From Vicugna vicugna (Eukaryota), in the NCBI GenBank assembly GCA_013265495.1, contig MU058221.1:372001-436000 (forward strand): a DNA stretch of 64,000 bases, written 5' to 3'. How positions within the stretch are numbered: position 1 is the first letter of the stretch; every line of letters starts with the position of its first letter. Below are positions 12,263-24,886 of this stretch, one piece after another. Below the pieces are notes generated by a model, which worked only from the letters and a program-made list of their open reading frames with translations, had not been told where the DNA came from and searched no databases. The position numbers were made by a program, and so were the translations under genes.

Positions 12263-13786
12263 AAGGAAGAGAACTTCAACAAAGCTGCCCTGAACCTACA
12301 GCATGAGCTGGGAATAAGCGTGTGACGCACATCACTGTGACTTGGGCCACTCACCCCCTTTACTGGAAATTGTATGATTTCTTAGTCTTGATCCATTTAC
12401 CAAACTGTCACCAGCTAACTAATTCTAACAAATCAATGACCCTTCTTTAGCCCAAATTTATAGTTGCTCTCAGTTTTTAACAAGAAAATTAAAGAAGATC
12501 TACAAAGTGGATCCCCGGATACTTTCAGGATATGTTTGTGTCAAGCCTCATCTGCCTGGCTGGCAGCTAACTTGTAAATTGTTTAACAGTTACTGGAATT
12601 AATGCGTATACTGATTAATACTAGAGAAATTGATACCTTGCAAATATTTTGCAAGGAATTTATTTGCTGTCCATCATAATTGTATGCATTCTGCTACATG
12701 ATAGATTATTTCCAAAGGCTAATGTGCCTTGTGAATGATTTATAAATATTTGCAAACAATCTGTCTCATACAATGGTCCATAAATAATTTGTCATTTGTA
12801 CATTACCACATACTTATAATCTTCTGTTTACCATAAATATTTGAATTCCTGGAAATCCATTTAATGCTATTGAGTTCCAGAATGATCTATTGTAGTTCGC
12901 TGTGACTGAGAAGAATAACAATAAGGCTTTATAGGGGGTTGATGATTGCTTTTATTTTAGCAATTACATATATATCAATGTCTCTAAGTATTTAGATGAT
13001 GTGATTATTTATGGTGAGATTGCCAATTTTAACAATAACAAATAATTTGTAAAACTGAATAAGCATCAATTTGAAAATGATTTTGATCCACATACTGTAT
13101 CAAGAAATGCTCCTGTTTCAAAGTTCACATCTGAAATCCTCTTCTGGAGTTGTCGTCTTCATAAACTTGAACTTTTTCTGGATTTAGTCTATAAATCTAC
13201 CAACTTTACTGAAAAAAAAACCAAATTTCTCTAGTTTCCTTTCCATGAGTTACCTTCTTCACTTACAAATAACTTTCTTCCTTATTACAAATTCACTTTC
13301 GAATGTGCTGAGACCTGTGTTCCCCTCAGCCTTCCATCAGAAATGGTTTTCTTGAATGACAGATCTCGTGTGTATATATGTATGTGTGTTTGTATACGTT
13401 TTCTGATTGGAAAAGTGGCACAAATTCACCACAGCATTTTTGAACAGCACAGAAAAATAAAAATCAGTAAATCTTGCCGCCAGGAATCTGTGCCACTGCT
13501 ACTTGGGTGGGCAGCCTGCCTTCTGTGGTCTTGCTGTGCTTTCCCAAATATGAATGTAATTCCTTACACAAATTTAGAGATAACAGCAATTTTACATGTG
13601 CTTTCAGGCTATGAAGACTTGGTCTTTGAGGACATACACTGATCAGCTGGGGATGCTGAGAAAACTAGTGAATCTCAAAACAGTGTTTTTGAAGCATTTT
13701 TAGCCGTGATCTATGTTAAAAATACATTTTTCATTGTGCTCAGTTATACACATGTATTCAAAGTGTCATAAGACAATTCCTAGTGC

Positions 13787-13798
13787 AGTGACGTCACT
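13787..13798. promoter_or_regulatory. Perfect palindromic CRE (ATF/CREB) motif AGTGACGTCACT
   Basis: TGACGTCA at 13789-13796 within a 12-bp palindrome, about 150 bp from a CpG island. The motif is seen directly; function is not shown. Confidence 0.35.
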
Positions 13799-13949
13799 TT
13801 CAGTGTTTTCTATGCTCTCTTCTGTTTTACTTCTGTGATACGACAAGTGGTTCCCTTAGTGGATCACAGGCAATGGGTCACAATACATAGTTTGGAAAAC
13901 AATGGTCTGCGCTCACTGAGGGCTGGAAGGGCCTGGCCAGCATTGGGAG

Positions 13950-14830
13950 TGAGAGGCCCGGAATGGCGGGGCAGCCGTCGTCTCTGCTGTTGCCGGCTGT
14001 CTTGCCAGAGCTGAGCCCAAAGCCTTCAGTAAGAGCCTGGAACTGAAGGCAGCTAGGAGGCAGAAGCACAAAGCAGCGGCTCTGCGTGCGGGTGGCGCTC
14101 TCGGAGCGAACAGCGTGCCCGCCTTTCTCCTCGGGGCACAGCTCAGAGCGCCCCCGTCCGGCCGGATGCCTGAGGGTCTGCGGAAGCCCGGCGCAGCGCC
14201 GTCGCCTGGAGCCCGGCCGCGTCCCCGGCGAGCCGAGCAGCTCAGAGCCGGCGGCCCGGAGCGGCCGCGCTGCGCAGCCGGCGCGGGGACTCACAGCGGG
14301 CAGGCGCCTGCGGAGCTGCGAGCCCGTCTCGGGGCGGGGCTTCGCGACGACACAGGGAGCAAGCCGGGAGCAGAAGGCGATGCCCGTCCGCAGCAGTCCC
14401 TGGGAGGCTCCCTCCCGACTCTGGCGAGTCTGTCCGGCCTCGTGGGGCCGTCCGGGCGTCGGGAGGCTCATCCGCCCGCGACCTGCTCTGTCTGACGGAC
14501 GCGCCCGGCGCCAGCAGGGACTTCGGGGGCGCCGGCCACTGCCCTGAGAGCAACGTCCCGTGACCCCCTTCCTGGGGGACGACTCGGAATCCAAGCAGGA
14601 CTGTAGGTTCCAGCCGCCAGAGTGAGGAAGCAGCAGCAGGGGAGCCAGGAGCGCCGGCCCGGACAGGCGGCCTGCGCTGGGGGCGGGCCTGCTCGCAGGG
14701 GCTTGCTGATTGCTCTAAACGCAGGCGGCCAGCAGGAAGCCGAGAGCCAGTCCGCCTGAGCGTCGCCGTTGCACTGTTTCTCCTTCAGCCTTACGCGCCC
14801 GCGCCTTGTTTGTCGTAGATTCACCATGTG
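13950..14830. promoter_or_regulatory. Orphan CpG island / GC peak
   Basis: Abrupt, very GC- and CpG-rich block of about 0.9 kb in AT-rich flanks; GC box ggggcggggc at 14331-14340; no recognisable coding exon. Confidence 0.75.
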
Positions 14831-15729
14831 ACATGATGACTCTCAAAAAGCAGCGTTAGGGCAGACTCACTGCTTTTGGCCCTGGACGTCACATTTAACC
14901 ATATGTCCAACTGTGCAACATGCACGTTTATGGACGAGCTGCTCGGGAGGGACAAGTGCCTAGCCGGCTTTAGATCGTCTCGGCCAAAGCAAATGAAATG
15001 GCCAAGACCTGGCTGCCTGTTGAATCTTCACAGCCTCCGCTCCATGTGGCACCAGCTTCTCTGACCCAGGATTAAAGGATGGGGTCCGTGTCACGCACCA
15101 CACTTTACCTGATATTCCTTCCAGTGATTAAGCAACGTGAAAACGTACACTGCACACCCACATCCACAGATGCTGCAGCTCTTGCACTGGGCTCTCCGGT
15201 CCAAATGCATCAGACACTATGGGTCTCTTGCCTGAACAAAATATTAAATAAAAACGGCATTTCAGAGACTGGGTTGAAAGGGGAAACAATGATGAGGTAG
15301 GTAGTACGCCCAAAGGCAGGACCCATGCTTCAGGGACAGCACACATTTCGTGGAGGCTTACTTACAAGTGCTGCGGAGGGCAGACCAGAAGGAGGGAGCG
15401 AGGAGAAATACAATAAACTCTTTGATTCTCTCTCTCGGAACTGAATCTTGAATTGTGTGCTTTTTATTTCCAAAAGTTTGGAATTTAGTAAGAAATTTCA
15501 TTGTAGAGAAGACTTTAATATTATACAAAAATTATCCAAATGTTGTAAGAAAGGCAGAAACCTGTGCTATTTTAAGCCACTGAGATCTGAGGATTATTTG
15601 TAATTGCCGTTTAACCTAGCCACTCCTCAGGTGACACAGAAATGGCTTTATCATTACCTGAAGGTGAATGAATAAACAAGCAGAAACAGCCAAAACAAGC
15701 AGAAAATGGCCTCTAGGAGTTACTGGGTA

Positions 15730-15902
15730 ATTTAGGGTGTGTCAGGATTACCCGGAGGGCCTGGCGGAACACAGCTTGCTACGTCCCACTCTCGGAATTT
15801 CTGATTCAGCAGATTGGGAGTGTGGCCCAGGAACTTGCATTTTCAACACATTCTCAGGAGGCGTGGATGCTGTTTATATGGAACTCACCTTTGAGGACCT
15901 CT
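15730..15902. mobile_element. MER5A (hAT-Charlie)
   Basis: atttctgattcagcagattgggagtgtggcccaggaacttgcattttcaaca...tttgaggacctct. Confidence 0.8.
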
Positions 15903-17150
15903 AGCCAGAAACACTTTCAAAAGAATATTAATGATGGTGAGAATGCACATATTTTATCATATGATAAAATTCCAATAATTCAAGTAGGCTGACCCTCTGA
16001 CACCAAGGAAGACATGTTAATAAAATTGACTGAAAGTTCAGGACCAAATATACTGTTATAATATAGCATAATTATACCTATAGTTGTAAAATATTAAAAA
16101 AATAAATTGTGTATGTAATTCAGAGCTTCCCCTCTCCCCCACAACTTTCTCATCCCAACCTCAGGTTGAACTTGTGGAGGGAAAGTCACCTCCCAGTCAG
16201 CGGCCACTACCTTGCCTCCTGGTGTCTGCGTCCTAAGTGCTAAATGCAGTAGACACCTGGCGACCGCCTGGTGTGCCAGCTGGCCCCTTCTTGTATGTTT
16301 GTGACCATTGTGATGTGAGCAATTGCACTTCTACAGGGTAGCAATGATCCTAACCAAGGTGGTTGCCTTGGTGAAGACCCTGTGCAGTGCGATTATTGGT
16401 GTGATGGGAAGTCTAATCCCCAAGGCTCACCTGGCATGTGGCCCTTGGCAGGACTCAGCTGTCCCCAGGCTCGCCCACTCACCCTCTGGGAGCGTGCTGC
16501 GCTTCACGCGTGTCACTCCATCAGTCCACCACAGCCGCAGAGCCCGCTTCCACTGTCCTGCACCTTCTCATGTGAACCAGGGTAACTCTGGGGGTCTGCC
16601 TGGTTTTTTAATTTGGCTATTAAGTGAAGAGATGATCCTTTTCTTTCCTTAATTAAAACGCTTACTTAACCATTTTTTGAAACTCCTGAAAAATAATGTA
16701 GGAAAAGCAGCAGTTTTTCCTGATGAAGTTGCTACTCCAGGGAGACACTCTCCAGAGCTTCATGCCTTCAGAAATATTCAGACCAGAAACGAGCTCTGAA
16801 TCCTACGTCTGTGAACACCCAGCATTTAGTGGATATGCATTCAGTAGATACTCATCACTCCGACTTGGAGAGAGGGTGGGATGCTGTAGAGTCTAAAAAA
16901 GTCGTATTCAACATGAACTTCCTGCGCTTGATAGATGCCCTTCCTGGTTGTGCCCTTCTCTGTCAATGACTCCCTTTTGACTTCTCCTGAGTCCCTTGTA
17001 TGGCTCCTGAAGTGTATTGGGGGTCATTTTGCCAAGAACCAGGCATGCTTTAAACTTGGCCTTGGAGAATTTGATAATTTTATTTTCATTGAGCTGCTTT
17101 TCTCAAGGATTATCCTTGTTATATTTTGTAAACTTCTTAGTACTTCACAC

Positions 17151-17653
17151 TTTAATAGGGAAGAACAAATCTGACTCCACATTATACCTGTTCCTTTAGC
17201 TCTAACCCTATACTCTGTCTCCTGTTCTTGGTCCTGTTGGTTCTGCACCTTTTGTAAAAGAACATTGTCTATTGTCTGAAATATACAAGTAGCCCATTCT
17301 CAAGGCTCAGATCTTTAAAAGTATAACTTTTTTCACTTATAGAAATAAAACATTGTGGAATAGAGAATAACCTTTGTCTTGTTGGAGGTTTATAGAAACA
17401 TTGTGACCAGACCTATGTGGACAGCTGCAAGAATAAGATTCCAGCACTAAGAAGTTTGCAACAATCACACCTCTCATTCCCTTTTAAAATAAAAGAAGCC
17501 TGAATTTTAACTCGACTAAGATGGTTCTTTGGGACACTGGTCCACCATCTTCTTGGTGAGCTGGTTTTCTGAATAAAGTCACTTTTTTGCCCCAACAACT
17601 CATCTTTCAATTTATGAGCCTGTCGTGCAGCAAGAAGTAGGAGCTTGGTAACG
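17151..17653 (+). mobile_element. ERV1-type solo LTR
   Basis: About 500 bp, AATAAA near 17572, U5-like end ...gagcttggtaacg, 4-bp TSD acac at 17147-17150 and 17654-17657. Confidence 0.75.
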
Positions 17654-17784
17654 ACACCATTATGTTCTATAACTGCGTGTTATTTGGTAAATGTGGTGTT
17701 TTTACTCAGTGAGGAAATAATTATTTCACATTAGGTCCTGAAATAATCAGTTAACATTTAAAGAAAAAATATATATTGAGGATA

Positions 17785-17990
17785 AGTAATATTAACTGAA
17801 TGTTTACTAAGCTTTATGCTAGAGTTGATACCATTAATATCTTATTTATTCCTCACAGTAAAACCAAGAGCTGAATCATATAATCATCTCTACTTTGCAA
17901 ATGAGAAAACTGAGATTTGCAGAGGCTAAGAAATTCATCAGACTTTCAGTTTTGATGCCGGTCTGGAGTACTTAACCAGGTGGTTATCTG
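17785..17990 (-). mobile_element. MIR SINE
   Basis: Core motif ctactttgcaaatgagaaaactgagatttgcagaggctaag. Confidence 0.75.
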
Positions 17991-18429
17991 CCAAAGTAAG
18001 TTCTAGATGAATTCTGGACATGAAAAATGAAGCTCTAATAAACATGAATGCATTTGTATGTTAAATGCTAGTGCTGCTTAGATAAACAATAAATCAGACC
18101 AAATGAACCACATAAAAATGTAATTTTAACCAAAACAAAATACACTTGAATTTGTGTTGGCCTAGATCTTGATACATCTGAAAACATAAACAAAACATTA
18201 TTTTTATTCCAGATATTTCATCATCATCTGTGGAACTCATGAAATGATCATTCTTGATGTATAGTCTTTGAAACAGTCATCAGAATGATGAGGTACGGAA
18301 CCTCCCTGTAACAACCTGTAACTATAAAAGAACATTATGGGTAATTATTTTGGCATAGAAAAATATTAGTAATGCACTAGAATCAAACCAAGGTGAGTAT
18401 GCAAATCATTTTGAAAATTTTACAAACTA

Positions 18430-18919
18430 TTTGCACCAAAAGCAAAAACAGCAAAAGCAAAAATAAATACAAGAGACTGACTACATCAAACTAAAAAGCT
18501 TCTGCACTGCAAAGGAAACCATTAAAAAAATGAAAAGGCAACCTGCTAATGGGAGAAATATTAACAAATCATATATCTGTTAAGGGGTAATATCTAAAAT
18601 GTATAAAGCTCTTATACTACTCAAAAGTAAAAAAGCAAACAAAAAATAAGCAGAAGCTCTGGTTAGACAGTCCATTTGTGGCTAGCATCTAAAGGAGGCA
18701 TTTTTTTCAAAGAAGACATACAGATGGCCAACAAGTGCATGAAAAACTGGTCAGTATCATTAATTATCAAGTAAATGCGAAGGACAAATGCCATTCGAGC
18801 ATTGCAGGTGGGGATGTAAATTGTTGCAGCCATTATGGAAAATAGTATGGAGGCTTAAAAAAACAACTGAAAGCAGAACTGTCATTTGACTCAGTAATTC
18901 CAGTCCTGGATGGATGGAG

Positions 18920-18954
<35 letters not shown>

Positions 18955-19485
18955 TATATAGAACCATATATATACATATATATATAAAACCAAAATGCTA
19001 ATTCAAAAAGATACATGCACCCCCATGTTCACAGCAGCATTGTTCACAGTTGCCAAGGGATGGAGACGACCCACGTGTTCATCGAAAGGTGAGTAGGCAA
19101 CACAGAGGTGGTGCATATGCACAGTGGAATACTGCTCAGCCATAAAAAAAGAATGAAATTTTGCCACTTGCAACAACATAGATGGACTTGGAGGGCATTA
19201 TGCTAAGTTAAATAAGTCAGACAGAGAAAGATAAATACTGTACATCATTGATTATATGTGGAAACTAAAAAATACAACAAACTAGTGAATACAAAATAAA
19301 AGAAGCAGACTCACAGACACAGAGAACAAGCCGGTGTCTTCCGGCATTGGGGGAGGGGTCGTACAGGGATGGAGGAGTGGGAGGTGCAGACTAGGGTGAA
19401 GATGCCTCAAGGAGGTAAAAGGGAAGAAAAAACAAACAAGCAAGCAAACCAAAGAGCACCACCTCAAAAAAGAAAAAAAAAAAAG
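18430..19485 (+). mobile_element. L1 3' portion (ORF2 C-terminus + 3' UTR)
   Basis: ctacatcaaactaaaaagcttctgcactgcaaaggaaacc; atgttcacagcagcattgttcacag; A-rich tail at about 19466-19484. Confidence 0.9.
18920..18986. repeat. Compound (TA)n(CA)n microsatellite inside L1
   Basis: Seen directly in the sequence. Confidence 0.9.
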
Positions 19486-20244
19486 AATTTCAAAGCCTTC
19501 TCTGTTACCTGGAAGAATATCAGTAAAATGTATTTAAATTGCAAATGTAAAACTTTGTAAAGTCGTCCTTCCTAAATGCTAGTCAGCCAGCCAATCACCA
19601 TGAACTTTACAGCACAGAAAACACAACCTTGTTGTGGGTAGCATGGAAAATCATCTTTCTCTCATGAAGACATTTACCCATTTCACCAGCTAACTAATAG
19701 CCGATAGACCATTGTGAGTCATTCAATCCCCTCTTTGTAGACTTTCTGAGCCAAACAGTGTAGGATAAATACTGCTACCCACTGTGGCCATGCCCTCCTG
19801 GAGTAACTCCTCTCTCTTAGCCATTTGGGCCTGTCTCTCTTTTTTTTTAAATAAAATTCTTAAAACACATTCAGTAAATTGATGTTAAAATACTTAGATA
19901 TACTTTGTATCATTAAAACAAGGAGCAGTTAAAATGCTACCATCATTGACTACATTGGTCCAAAAAATTCTAAGATTCTGGATGATCCTGACATCACTAG
20001 TTGTGGTCAGTGTGTACAGGGGCACGTGGACTGTACACCCTGGGTGCTCCACCCAGTCTGCGTGCTCCAAGCATGGACACAGATTTGTACAACTGTACAA
20101 CATTGGGAGGATGCTACTAGATATATGTTTTATAAGGGTTTTTTTAATCACATTTTACTATGAAATAGGCTTTGTGTGTTATAGGGATTCTGTTCTGTAA
20201 CAGTTTAAACTTCAGGTAGGTATCAAGAGTTACAAATAAATAAT

Positions 20245-20373
20245 GGGGGAGGGTACAGCTCAAGTGGCAGAGTGCACACCTAGCACGCCTGAGGTCCTGG
20301 GCTCAATCGCAAGTGCCTCCTCTGAAACATCAAATAAATAAATAAACCTAATTACCTCCTCCCGCAAAAAAAC
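20245..20373 (+). mobile_element. tRNA-derived SINE (camelid Vic-1-like)
   Basis: tRNA-like head with A-box (cagctcaagtgg) and B-box (ggctcaatc), tail taaataaataaacctaattacctcc+A-run, perfect 17-bp TSD gagttacaaataaataa (20227-20243, 20374-20390). Confidence 0.9.
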
Positions 20374-22771
20374 GAGTTACAAATAAATAAGGCTAAATAA
20401 CAATATAGAATTAATACATATCTTAAACAATAATAAAAGAGAATAAATTGGTACTTAATGCCCAATGAACAGTAAAAATAGCTGGAATTTAGAGGAAGAA
20501 AAGAGCATTCAATGTGAATCTATTTTCACATTCAGAATCCTAGTTTAAATAAAGTATAACCTTTATCAACGGAAAGATGCCACTGACATGTAGCTCTATC
20601 TAAAAGGAGTAGAAGCCATTCTTATAAAAATTATTTCCTTATTTACAGTATCCAGATATGTTGGTCTCATCAACAAATGCTACATAATTCTTGCTCCCAA
20701 GGTAACTGTTTACAACCAGATTAAAGACTAGTTAGGCAGGTGCCACATGTAACTTCACAGATCATTATACTTCATTATTTTCTTGTCTACACCTGAATAA
20801 ATCATATTGCTATTTGGGTTGATGTTTCAAATTTCTCAATGTGTTTGTACTGTTTTCTGTTAAAAATAGATTGAAATTAAAGGGTTATAAAGTCTGAAAA
20901 TGCATTTTCACAAAGAAACTGTACTTGAAAAGGAAAATTACATTATCCATACAGCAGCTAGTCAATAACTCCCAATTTCTACACTGAGAGTAGGATAAAG
21001 CCACACTTAGCCAGAAAGAGTATTTCATATCCTGAGGGATTCAACAAAGCTGATTGCAAGGAAGTAATGATTTCAAATAGCTAGTTCATTAGCATATATG
21101 TGGATAATTTACGTTGCTCTTTGAAATAAGTAATTGATCTTGAGAAGAGACATATACAAATTAAAGGCATATCCCAAGCAGAGTAATTATCTCACTTTTG
21201 AGGGCACTTATTATGGTCTGTAATTGCTCTGGGGATAATTCCCAATGTCATGGCAAGGGTACCTGGGTCTTATTCTTTTTAATAAACTCATGTTAAGAAT
21301 GTAGATTCCAAAAGGTAATATATTCATTGAAAAGTTAGCATGTAAGATAGATAAGAAAAGAGCTTAAAAATAACTGCAAAATTGAGAAAAATAAGCGTGA
21401 CGTTGGGATGAGTGAGCAATCAAGGGATTCGGGGTGGGCAGAAAACCCAAGAGGATTGTTATTGAAAAGAACATTTAAGAAAACTATTTCAGTGGATGCT
21501 AATATTTAGAATTAGGCTCGTTTAGTGCTAAAGTAACTGACTAAAGACATTTCAAGGTTGTAGAAGCCTCCTTGTATTTAACTGATAAAGTAAGTATTGT
21601 TTATGAATGTTTTGGAATTGGTATTAGTCATAGTGAGCTAAGCTTTGCAGCAATAACAAAACCCATTAATTCTCAGTGGCAGAGACTTCCAGTCACGATA
21701 GTGGAGTAGTAGAACCATGATCTCTCCTCTCCTCATGACTAGAGCAAAACCACAACTGACTTCTAAACAACCATTAAAAAAAAAAAAAGACTAGAACCTA
21801 ACAAAAAAATCTGGAAACATAAAGAGGGAAATTCAGCAAGATGGTAAGAGGGGTCTGCTCATGATATAATTGAGCCCCATACCCTCTAGGTGGGTGACCC
21901 ACAAGCTGAAGAGTAATTAAGGTGCAGAGGCCCTTCCACAGGTGTGAGAGTTCTGAGCCCCAAGTCAGGCTCCCCAGCCCAGGACTCCAGCATTGGGTGG
22001 AGGAGACTCCAGAACATTTGGTTTTGAAGGCCAGCAGGGCTTAAGTCCAAAAGCCCCATGGAACAGGGGGAAACACTCTCCTGGGAAGTGCACACAGAAT
22101 TTTTCATGTGCTGGGTCCAAGGGCAGAGGCAGTGACATCATCAGAACCTGGGCCAGACCGACCTGCTGGTTTGGGAAGGTAAAGGGGGGGAGAGGGATAA
22201 GGGGCAGTTGTGGCTCACCCTGAGGACATAAAAGCTGGTGGCAGACATTCAGGAAGTGTTCATCTACTTAGCTTTCCTGGATGCTGACATCTTGCTTGGG
22301 TCATTAGCACCAAGACCTAGCCCTACTCAAAAGCCTACAGGCTTATGGGCTGGGAAGCCTCAGTCCAAACAAAATCCTGGGTGAGAACACAGCCCCAGGC
22401 ACCAGCAGACTTCCAGAGTCCACAGCTGCCTCTCAGCACATCCCTAGGCACCACTCCACCCACCAGAGGGCCAGGACCAAGCTCCACCCAGCAGTGGGCA
22501 GGCATCGACTCCTCCTACCAGGAAACCTGCACAAGCCTGTACCACCAGGGGCAGATGCCAGAAATAAGTAAACTGCAATCCCAAAGCCTGTGGAAGGAAT
22601 CCACAAACACAAGCCAGACTCAACCCTGGGATAAGCTGTACCCTGGCCCTTGGGTGACAAAAGTGAAGTGTGCTGTTGAAATGCATTGGACGCCTCCCAC
22701 AGAGGGACACTTCTCTAAGGTTTAGAAATGTAACTATCATACCTAAAAATACAAATAGAAAGTTAGACAAT

Positions 22772-23627
22772 ATGAAGAAGCAGAGGCATATCTTCAAGGC
22801 CAAGGTAAAAAATAAAATCTCAGAAGAAGAAATAAGTGATGAGGAGATAGGCAATCTAACTGAGAAAGGATTTGGAGTAATGATGGGGACGAAGTTCAGA
22901 GAACTCAGGAAGAGTATAGATGCACGAAGGGAAGTTTTTAGCAAAGAGAAAATATAGAGAATAGCCAAACAGAGTTGAAGAATAAAATTACTGAAATGAA
23001 TAACACACTAGAAGGAACCAAGAATAGACTAAATGAGAGAGGAGAATGGATCAGTGAACTAGAAGACAGATTAGTGGGAATCACTACCACAGAATAAAAA
23101 AAGAAAAAAGAATGAAAATGAAATGAGAATAGTTTAAGAGGACCCTGGGACAATGTGAAGTACACCAATATTTGCATTCTCGGGGTCCCAGAAAGAGAAG
23201 AAAGAGAGAAAGGACCTGAGAAAATATTCAGAGAGATAAAGCTGAACACTTTCCTAACTTGGGAAAGGAAACAGTCACCCAAGTTTAGGAAGCACAGAGA
23301 GTCCCACACAGGATTAAACCAAAGAGGAGCACACCAAGGCACGTAGTCATCCAGCAGACAAAAATTAAAGATAAAGAGAAAAGATTCAAGTCAGCAAGGA
23401 AAAAGAAACAAATAACATATGAGGGAACTCCCATAAGGTTATCAGCCGATTTTTCAGCAGTACTTAAAGTGATGAAAGGGAAAAACTTACAACCAAGAAT
23501 ACTCTATCTAGCAAGGGTCTCATTCAGATTTGATAGAGAAATCAAAATTTTCAAAGATAAAAAAAAGCTAAAATAATTCAGCACCACCAAACCAGCTTTA
23601 CAACAAATGTTAAAGGAACTTCTCTAG
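22772..23627 (+). pseudogene. Disrupted L1 ORF1
   Basis: Fragments MKKQRHIFKAK...EIGNLTEKGFGVMM and KYTNICILGVPEREEREKGPEKIF, with stops and frameshifts. Confidence 0.85.
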
Positions 23628-23707
23628 TCATAAACCACAAGAAAGAGAATAAAAAGAAGAGAGAAAAAAAAAAGATTTACCAAAATAAACCCAAAACAAT
23701 TAACAAA

Positions 23708-24886
23708 ATGGCAATAAGAACATATGTATCAATAATTATTCTAAATGTAAATGGATTAAATGTTCCAACCAAAAGACATAGATTGGCCGACTGGATACAA
23801 AAATGAGACCCACATATATGCTGCCTATAAGAGACCCACTTGAAAGCTAAAGACACATGTAGGCTGAAAGTGAGGGTATGGAAAACATTCCAAGCAAATG
23901 GAAACCAGAAGAAAGCTGTAGTAGCAATACTTTTATCAGACAAAATGGGTTTTAAAATGAAGACTATTACAAGAGACAAAGAAGGACACTACATGATGCT
24001 CAAGGGATCAATCTAAAGAGAAGATATAATAATTGTAAATATATATGCACCCAATACAGGAGCACTTCAGTATATAAGGCAATTTTTAACAGACATAAAA
24101 GGAGGAATCCACAGTAATACAATAATAGTGGGGGACCTTAACACCCCCACTACATCAATGAGCAGATCATCCATACAGAAAATCAATAAAGAAATACAGG
24201 CCTTAAGTGACACATGAGACCACATGGACTTCATTGCTATTTATAGAGCATTCCACTCAGAAGCAACAGAACACACGTTCTTCTCAGGTGCACATGGAAC
24301 GTTCTCCAGGATAGATCACGTGCAGGCCCACAAAGCCAGCCTCAGTAAACTTAAGAAAACTGAAATCATACTAAGCATCTTTTCCAACCAAAATGAGATC
24401 AGAAATCAGCTACAAGCAAGACTGCAAAGGCTGCAAACACACCGAGGCTGAACAACACGCTACTAAGCAAACAGGGACGCAAGGACTTTGCAGTGTCCAC
24501 AAATCAACCAATGCGATACACCCCATTAACAGACTGAAGAGTCTGTTAAAAACCACGTGATCATCTCAATAGATACAGGAAAAGATTCTGATAAAATTCA
24601 ACATCCATTTATGATAAAAACTCTCCAGGAGGCGGGCACAAATAGAATATACTTCAACCTACTAAAGGCCATATACGACAAACCCACAGCTAACATCATA
24701 CTTCATGGTGAAAAGCTGAACGCATTTCCTCAAAGATCAGGAACAAGATAAGGATGCCCACTCTCAGCACTTTTATTCAACACAGTTTTGGAAGTCCTAG
24801 CCATAGCAATCGGAGAAGAAAAAGAAATAAAAGAAGTCCAAATCAGAAAAGAAGAAGCAAACTGTCATTGTTTGTGGTTACATGAC
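23708..24886 (+). pseudogene. Disrupted L1 ORF2 (endonuclease + part of reverse transcriptase)
   Basis: IYRAFH...HTFFSGAHGTFSRIDH (EN; ORF 24224..24451) and [22 protein letters not shown] (RT; ORF 24557..24751). Confidence 0.9.

Larger units (their letters stand above)
11320..12380 (+). mobile_element. MaLR MLT1-type LTR split by two nested insertions
   Basis: tgtgacttgcttt[MER20]gggcaata... and ctccatcaacctggttcctggagt... resume after the LTR with gaacctacagcatgagctgggaataagc. Confidence 0.55.
21681..24886 (+). mobile_element. LINE-1 5' half (5' UTR, ORF1, partial ORF2), 3'-truncated and internally deleted
   Basis: Begins gacttccagtcacgatagtggagtag; ORF1 and EN/RT peptides appear in the ORF track; ends at a degenerate LFADDM-coding motif (ttgtttgtggttacatg). 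It follows an MLT1-like start at about 21620-21680. Confidence 0.92.

Noticed and set aside
13878..14827. Several long overlapping ORFs (up to 238 aa) on both strands
   Set aside because: Low-complexity Arg/Pro/Gly/Ala peptides open in many frames, as expected from stop-codon depletion in a GC peak; no recognisable domain.
20245..20320. Possible tRNA gene
   Set aside because: Degenerate boxes, SINE-type tail, A-run and TSD show it is a retroposed SINE.
22444..23979. Hydrophobic minus-strand ORFs (174, 134 and 100 aa) resembling membrane proteins
   Set aside because: Antisense readings of A-rich L1 ORF1/ORF2.
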